64,000 nt of DNA, taken from positions 124,001-188,000 of the forward strand of contig CDROCS010001674.1 of the NCBI GenBank assembly GCA_977020255.1, given 5' to 3'. Below the pieces are notes generated by a model. The model had not been told where the DNA came from and ran no database searches. It worked only from the letters and a program-made list of their open reading frames with translations. Source of the DNA: Obrimoposthia wandeli. Lineage: Eukaryota. Shown piece by piece: positions 58,677-64,000 of this stretch. Positions within the stretch are counted from its first letter, which is position 1, and each line of letters begins with the position of its first letter. A program made the translations under genes and the position numbers.

Positions 58677-60200
58677 ATGCAATTGAATTTAACAATATTG
58701 GCAACTGTCTTAAGTATTTTTAGCCCGTCTTTATGGGCAAACTCTCCTAGCTTTGATTGTGATAAAGCGAGTGGTCAGGTTGAAGCTCGTATTTGTAAAG
58801 ATACAGCCCTTGCTGCATTAGATACGAACATGGCAACGGTTTATGCCCAAGCAATCCAGAATATTCCGGATTCAGAACGTTCAATAATGAAAGCAATGCA
58901 AAGAGGCTGGGTTAAAGGCCGTAATGAATGCTGGAAAGGGCAAGATGAACGCGCTTGTGTGGAATATGCTTATAAAAGTCGAATAGTAGCGTTACAAGTT
59001 GCTGGTGGGTTAATCGAAGTGCCTTCGCCTGTCGGTTTTAACTGCTCAAATATGGCTGATAAACCCGTTACCGTGGTCTTTTATAATCAAACTGACCCTG
59101 CCAGTGCAATGATTACCGTCGGTGATGATCAAGCGTTAGCCTTATCGACGCAAACTGCGAGTGGTGCGCGATATGACGGTCAAAATGTCAGATTTTGGGA
59201 GCACCAAGGTGAAGCTTCACTCGAATGGTTTGGTACAAAAATGCAGTGCCAAGTAATAAAGCGAACTGAGGGTAGCTTGCAATCGAAAAGTGTTGATAAA
59301 GAACCCATCAATCAAGCCGCTGTGAATGCGAATAATGATGTGTTTTCATTTGACGCATTGAAAAATACGGCATATCAGGGGTTTGAAAGTGGCGTTTCTC
59401 GTCGAGTTATTTTAAAAAATGGTTTATGGCTGGGTGAACCCTATCAACCAGGAGGCGCAGTTTCACCGCAAGTTATGCTTATTGGTGGCATTAAAGCAAC
59501 GGGTGATTTAAATGGTGATGGTGAAGATGAAGCCGTTGTACTGTTAAATTATGCGCCAGGTGGAACAGGGCAGTTTTTGAATTTAGCGGTCATGTCGAAG
59601 TCGGGATCTAAAGCATCCGGTAAAGCTGACAATATTGCGACAATATTTGTCGGTGATCGGGTACGTGTTCGCGATCTTAATATTAAAAATGGCAAGATTG
59701 TTTTAGGTGTTGTGCAAGTCGGCCCCAAAGATTCCATTTGTTGCCCAGGAGAAGTGGCTGAACGAGTATGGCAATTAAACGGCACGACGTTACAAGAAGT
59801 CAAATCGAATAAGTCGACGTCACGATTAAGCCCTAAAACGTTAACAGGGTATTCTTGGGTACTCGAGAGTTGGCGTTACGGTGAATCGGCTTATCAATCG
59901 AAACCTATTACGTTGTCTTTCCAAGATAATAAATTTGTTGGTCAATCGGGCTGTAACCGTTATTTTGCGACAGTGAAAGCGGGGGGAATGCCGGGTGATA
60001 TTTTAGTATCGCCACCGGGTTCAACGCGTAAAGCTTGCCAAGATCCAAAGCTATCAAAAAACGAAAATCGCTTCTTAAAGCAGCTTGCAGACGTTCATCA
60101 GTTCTCATATTTTGCGGGTAAATTAGCGTTAAGTTATGGGCAGGGTAATCACTATGGCGTGATGATTTTCTCGCTTGATTCATCGCTAAAGTCTGAGTAA
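58677..60200 (+). CDS. Exported multidomain protein: LprI(DUF1311) - MliC - unknown repeat domain - META/HslJ
   Basis: PSFDC..ICKD..QRGWVKGRNEC; TASGARY..FWEHQGEA; GDLNGDGEDEA; SGCNRY..STRKAC. Confidence 0.7.
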   Translation: MQLNLTILATVLSIFSPSLWANSPSFDCDKASGQVEARICKDTALAALDTNMATVYAQAIQNIPDSERSIMKAMQRGWVKGRNECWKGQDERACVEYAYKSRIVALQVAGGLIEVPSPVGFNCSNMADKPVTVVFYNQTDPASAMITVGDDQALALSTQTASGARYDGQNVRFWEHQGEASLEWFGTKMQCQVIKRTEGSLQSKSVDKEPINQAAVNANNDVFSFDALKNTAYQGFESGVSRRVILKNGLWLGEPYQPGGAVSPQVMLIGGIKATGDLNGDGEDEAVVLLNYAPGGTGQFLNLAVMSKSGSKASGKADNIATIFVGDRVRVRDLNIKNGKIVLGVVQVGPKDSICCPGEVAERVWQLNGTTLQEVKSNKSTSRLSPKTLTGYSWVLESWRYGESAYQSKPITLSFQDNKFVGQSGCNRYFATVKAGGMPGDILVSPPGSTRKACQDPKLSKNENRFLKQLADVHQFSYFAGKLALSYGQGNHYGVMIFSLDSSLKSE

Positions 60201-60641
60201 AGAAAATCAAAACGCAGCCAATATTCGGTTTACCATAGTAATAGTTTTCATGAATATGGACTGCGTTTCATTGGCTGCTTTAACATCAAAGTTGAGTCGT
60301 AATACGCTATTCTTGAAGTTGAATGCCACCCTTTGTTTGCGCATTTTTAAGTAAAGCAAGGCGCTTACTGTCTGATTCTAAATATGCATCGTTAGATAAA
60401 ACAGGCACTGAGATGTTGTCTGTTGTATCTAAATGCTGAGTAAAAATATAATTTTTATTAAAAGTTAACATGTGTAATGGCTCTATACTGTGTGTGCTTA
60501 TTCGTAATATGTTGTCGTCTACTGGTTAATAAAGCATCATCCCTATTGTTTTTTTTAGTAGATGAGGTAGTAGGCGTAGATTGAATCAAAGACGGTGTAG
60601 TTATCACTTTTTGATTAAATATACTTGCGACCTTCAACACA

Positions 60642-61673
60642 TTACGTGCTTGCTTGGTCTTTTAGTCGTTGAATAGCTTGTTTTGCAGAATTAAATGCAA
60701 AGTTATTGAGTTCAATATCTTGTAGTCTGATCCATTCGACTTTTTCCACATCATCCCTCGCTTTTAGTGCTGGCTTTTCGTCTAACGTAACAACGAAAAA
60801 AGTATCGCAGGTTTTATATTCAATATCTTTGTAATGGTAGGTATTTGGGTATGATGCGATATATTTTGCATCATGCACGATAAAATCAAGTTCTTCTTCT
60901 AACTCTCTTGTTAAGGCTTGCTCAAGCGATTCATCAGGGTCAACAAACCCTCCAGGAAGATCTAACATCCCTTTCCCTGGCTCTCTTGCTCGGGTTGCTA
61001 CCAATATTTCGTCTTTATAGCAGATACCTGCTAATACAGCAGCTGCCGCATTGTGAAAATATGTGAAATCACATGCATCGCAACGGAACACTTTCGGTGG
61101 TTGGAAGGCTAAACGGGCTTCACCACAAGATGGACAATAATGTTGTTTTGTTTTAGAGCTACCTAGCCAAGACAGAATAAAATCGGCAATGTCTTGTGGC
61201 TGGTTAAGATCGAGTATCGGTAGTTTGCAGTGCTGTTTTGCTTGTACGATTTCGTCGGTTGTGAATGCAATGATATGCTCATCATTCGAGTACAAAAAAG
61301 GTTTCCCATAAGCAGGGCGATGAATTTCGATTTTTGGGAATGTCTCATCCCGAAAGCCTTCCACTAACACAAGATCCAATTGGTCGTGATCTAGCTGAGT
61401 CAAACATTCTGCTAATGCAGGCTCGTCGCGTTCGGGGTCTGTATATTCGAAATACAACATGTGGCGTGATTTGGTGGCTAAAAGAGTTTGGTTGCAACCT
61501 GCATGACGAAGGCGATAACTATCTTTCCCTGGTTTATCGGGGTCGATGTTATGGTGGCTGTGTTTGACTAAACCAATACGTAACCCTTGCTGTTTTAACA
61601 AAGGAATCAGCTTCTCAAGTAAAGTTGTTTTACCTGAACCACTGTAGCCAGCAAAACCAATGATTGGGGTCAT
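60642..61673 (-). CDS. mobB: MobB fused to Zn-ribbon NUDIX hydrolase
   Basis: GYSGSGKTT, KHSHH, DSYRLR, VEGF (MobB); CPSC/CDAC; GGFVDPDESLEQALTRELEEEL NUDIX box; one open frame. Confidence 0.8.
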   Translation of the reverse strand: MTPIIGFAGYSGSGKTTLLEKLIPLLKQQGLRIGLVKHSHHNIDPDKPGKDSYRLRHAGCNQTLLATKSRHMLYFEYTDPERDEPALAECLTQLDHDQLDLVLVEGFRDETFPKIEIHRPAYGKPFLYSNDEHIIAFTTDEIVQAKQHCKLPILDLNQPQDIADFILSWLGSSKTKQHYCPSCGEARLAFQPPKVFRCDACDFTYFHNAAAAVLAGICYKDEILVATRAREPGKGMLDLPGGFVDPDESLEQALTRELEEELDFIVHDAKYIASYPNTYHYKDIEYKTCDTFFVVTLDEKPALKARDDVEKVEWIRLQDIELNNFAFNSAKQAIQRLKDQAST

Positions 61674-61981
61674 ATGCGTCTCAATACGTCATCGTAAAAA
61701 TAGAGGGGCATTTTAGAGGAAATAAGACGTTACGTCATTGTCAGTTAACAGCATGTTTTTTTCCACATAAACGGCATAGTTATTTAATTATTGTATTGAA
61801 GTTGAGTAATTGATGAATTTTTACTCTTGCAATGCATATTCGGTCTAAAGTTATTTTGTGGCTAAGTTATTCAATTGTGTGACGGCTTGAGCGATAAAGT
61901 AACAACGAGCAAAATGAAAGACAAACAGGATGGTGTCTTTCACATCGAGTAATTAATAATAATGGCATCAGGGAGAGTGCA

Positions 61982-62467
61982 ATGTGGGCGACGTTGGATT
62001 TTGAAGCTTCTGGATTATCAGATCAATCTTACCCAATTGAAGTAGGTTATTCTTTACCAGACGGCAATGGCGAAAGTTTACTCATCAACCCTTTAACAGC
62101 AAGCGATGTATGGCAGCATTGGGACGATTATGCTGAAAATGAAATACATCGAATCTCACGAAAAGAGCTTGAAATTAAAGGCAATCAAGTGGTTGAAGTG
62201 TGCCAACATTTAAATGCTGTTCTTGGTAAATTTGAACATGTTTTTTGTGATAGCCAATGGGATCTTTTTTGGTTGGGCCGGCTTTATCATGCGGCGCACA
62301 TGCGACCCTCATTTATGTTGACAGAAATTGGGCACTGGTTAATGCAAGAAAATGGTATTGAGCGATCACGCTTTCAATTGGCATTGGAAGAGCAAGGTCC
62401 GATAAAGCACCGAGCAATGGAAGATGCCAAACAAATTCGACTCGCAATAACACGTTTAGTGGAATGA
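61982..62467 (+). CDS. Small stand-alone DEDDh 3'-5' exonuclease-like protein
   Basis: LDFEASG (ExoI), CDSQWD (ExoII), HRAMEDA (ExoIII). Confidence 0.75.
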   Translation: MWATLDFEASGLSDQSYPIEVGYSLPDGNGESLLINPLTASDVWQHWDDYAENEIHRISRKELEIKGNQVVEVCQHLNAVLGKFEHVFCDSQWDLFWLGRLYHAAHMRPSFMLTEIGHWLMQENGIERSRFQLALEEQGPIKHRAMEDAKQIRLAITRLVE

Positions 62468-62592
62468 AATATACGTTCATTTGTCTAGTGAAGTCAGATT
62501 AAATTATAACACTGTAGCTACTGGTAAAGTGGTTACAGTCGTTTGTTAAATCGCTACAATTACACCATTATCCCTTTCTTCTTGAGTGGCTC

Positions 62593-63708
62593 TTGCTAAC
62601 CCAAACTCTACGCGTTGCCATGTTTAATGTATCGATGTCTGAACCTGTATCAGGTCAAATCCTTAAACAAACCGCCAACGCTGAAAATAAGCGTTTTTCT
62701 AAACTTGCCGCTATTATCCAATCTGTTCGTTCTGATGTGTTGTTACTGTGCGAATTTGATCACCCGGGTGACGGCGGTGATGACGGGGCACTAGCCAATT
62801 TTTGTCATCATTATTTGGCTGTACCTCAGCATGGACAAGACGAAATTGAATACCCTTATCAATACTGCCCGCCGAGTAATACAGGGTTATTAAGTCCATT
62901 TGATTTAAATGGTGATGGCGTAATTAGTCTGCCGGAAGATGGGTTGGGTTTTGGTGAACATCATGGTCATTTTAGCTTTGTGATTTTGTCTCGTTATCCA
63001 ATTCAAGTCGATCAAATTCGCAGTTGGCAGCATCTATTATGGCGAGACATGCCTGAACATTGTATGCCTGACGGTTTCTACAGTGAACAAGCACAAAGTG
63101 TATTGCGTTTGTCGTCAAAGAATCATGTTGTTGTACCTGTTGAAGTAAATAATCAAGTTATTCATTTGTTGTGTTGCCACCCAACCCCGCCTGTTTTTGA
63201 TGGTGAAGAAAAGCGTAATGCACGTCGTAATCATGATGAATTACGTTTAGTCACCGATATTATCAATAACGCTGATTATTTAGTGGATGACAAGGGTAAA
63301 AAAGGTGGGTTATCCAAAGCTGATTCGTTTGTTGTACTGGGTGACTTAAATGCAGACTCAGTTGATGGTGATGGAATGAAGAGTGCTATCCAAGGCTTGA
63401 TTTACCATAACAGAATTAATCGCTCCATTAGCGGGGGAATACTGACACCGAAGAGTCTCGGTGGCCGTTTCCATCGACCTTGGCAACCTCGTTCTGGTCG
63501 TTCAAATGAGTGGACGCATTTAAGCGGTTTACGATTAGATTATGTATTACCTTCAATGGATCTTAGCGTTAAACAAACAGGGGTATTCTGGCCGGATAAA
63601 AAAGACCCTTTGCGCCATTTAATTACCAATGAAAAAGGGAAAGAGCGAGCACAAGATGGCTCTGATCACCGTTTAGTATGGGCCGATTTACAGTTGTGTT
63701 CTCAATAA
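62593..63708 (+). CDS. Endonuclease/exonuclease/phosphatase (EEP) family protein
   Basis: MFNV, LLLCEFD, HPTPP, LGDLNAD, RLDYVLP, SDHRLV. Confidence 0.85.
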   Translation: MLTQTLRVAMFNVSMSEPVSGQILKQTANAENKRFSKLAAIIQSVRSDVLLLCEFDHPGDGGDDGALANFCHHYLAVPQHGQDEIEYPYQYCPPSNTGLLSPFDLNGDGVISLPEDGLGFGEHHGHFSFVILSRYPIQVDQIRSWQHLLWRDMPEHCMPDGFYSEQAQSVLRLSSKNHVVVPVEVNNQVIHLLCCHPTPPVFDGEEKRNARRNHDELRLVTDIINNADYLVDDKGKKGGLSKADSFVVLGDLNADSVDGDGMKSAIQGLIYHNRINRSISGGILTPKSLGGRFHRPWQPRSGRSNEWTHLSGLRLDYVLPSMDLSVKQTGVFWPDKKDPLRHLITNEKGKERAQDGSDHRLVWADLQLCSQ

Positions 63709-63802
63709 AAAACAAAGTGCTAACCCTCAATATTTCAATGTGACCTATCTTTAATGAGAGCCATTAATGTAAGAGATGCGTTTTAATGACAAGGAGTGGG
63801 TT

Positions 63803-64000
63803 ATGCCAGATAAAGTATTAAGCGGTGAAGGGCTTAGGGGGCAAAGCGCAGGCTCAACTGCGATTTGTACCGTGGGTAAAACGGGAACAGGGCTCACTTA
63901 TCGTGGGTATGATATTTCCGATTTGGCAGAGAGTGCTGATTTCGAAGAAGTGGCTTATTTACTGTTAAAAGGAAAGCTGCCCACTCAGGCACAATTGGAC
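63803..64000 (+). CDS. prpC: 2-methylcitrate synthase, 5' fragment (runs off window end)
   Basis: [50 protein letters not shown]; AAGGAG RBS. Confidence 0.8.
   Translation, partial: MPDKVLSGEGLRGQSAGSTAICTVGKTGTGLTYRGYDISDLAESADFEEVAYLLLKGKLPTQAQLD

Noticed and set aside
60458-60640. 60-aa ORF downstream of mobB-NUDIX
   Set aside because: No separate RBS or recognisable motif; the coupled TAATG start reads ATG TGT TGA; likely non-coding
322-62899. Many 60-230 aa ORFs nested in or antisense to real genes (e.g. 15993-16601, 18320-18823, 22119-22820, 23040-23447)
   Set aside because: Shadow frames of well-supported genes with no RBS or motif support
1-64000. tRNA, rRNA, transposase, integrase, retron or toxin-antitoxin genes
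   Set aside because: None recognised by eye; tRNAscan, Infernal and HMM searches would be needed to exclude them formally

Overview
64-kb, mostly core chromosomal window from a Vibrionaceae bacterium (Photobacterium-like; inferred from gene content and synteny, not from a search). It holds about 50 protein genes: tmk(3' end)-holB-tatD-ptsG, lysO-HDOD-Lon-N-tfoX, ldhA, zntA-udp, a DUF1887/Card1-like CARF nuclease, treRBC, yccS/helD, mgsA, torT/torS, a second EF-G next to a RIO1-like kinase and an S4 protein, YnjE- and TrhO-like rhodaneses, and the 5' end of prpC. I saw no rRNA, tRNA, CRISPR array, transposase, integrase or prophage structural genes. Intergenic DNA carries two families of TA-ended MITE-like repeats in several deletion states, clear CRP/CytR, ZntR and TreR operator architectures, a 7-bp VNTR and a possible RNA pseudoknot. 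Best candidates for undescribed biology: (1) a split, all-cytoplasmic cNMP-histidine kinase / stand-alone REC phosphorelay with no DNA-binding output, operonic with an SLC13 transporter; (2) a MobB-Zn-ribbon-NUDIX fusion; (3) an orphan CARF/PD-(D/E)xK nuclease with no CRISPR context; (4) an EF-G paralog / RIO kinase / S4 cluster. All family assignments are from motif recognition, not database searches. Where a start differs from the ORF track it was moved on RBS or family grounds.
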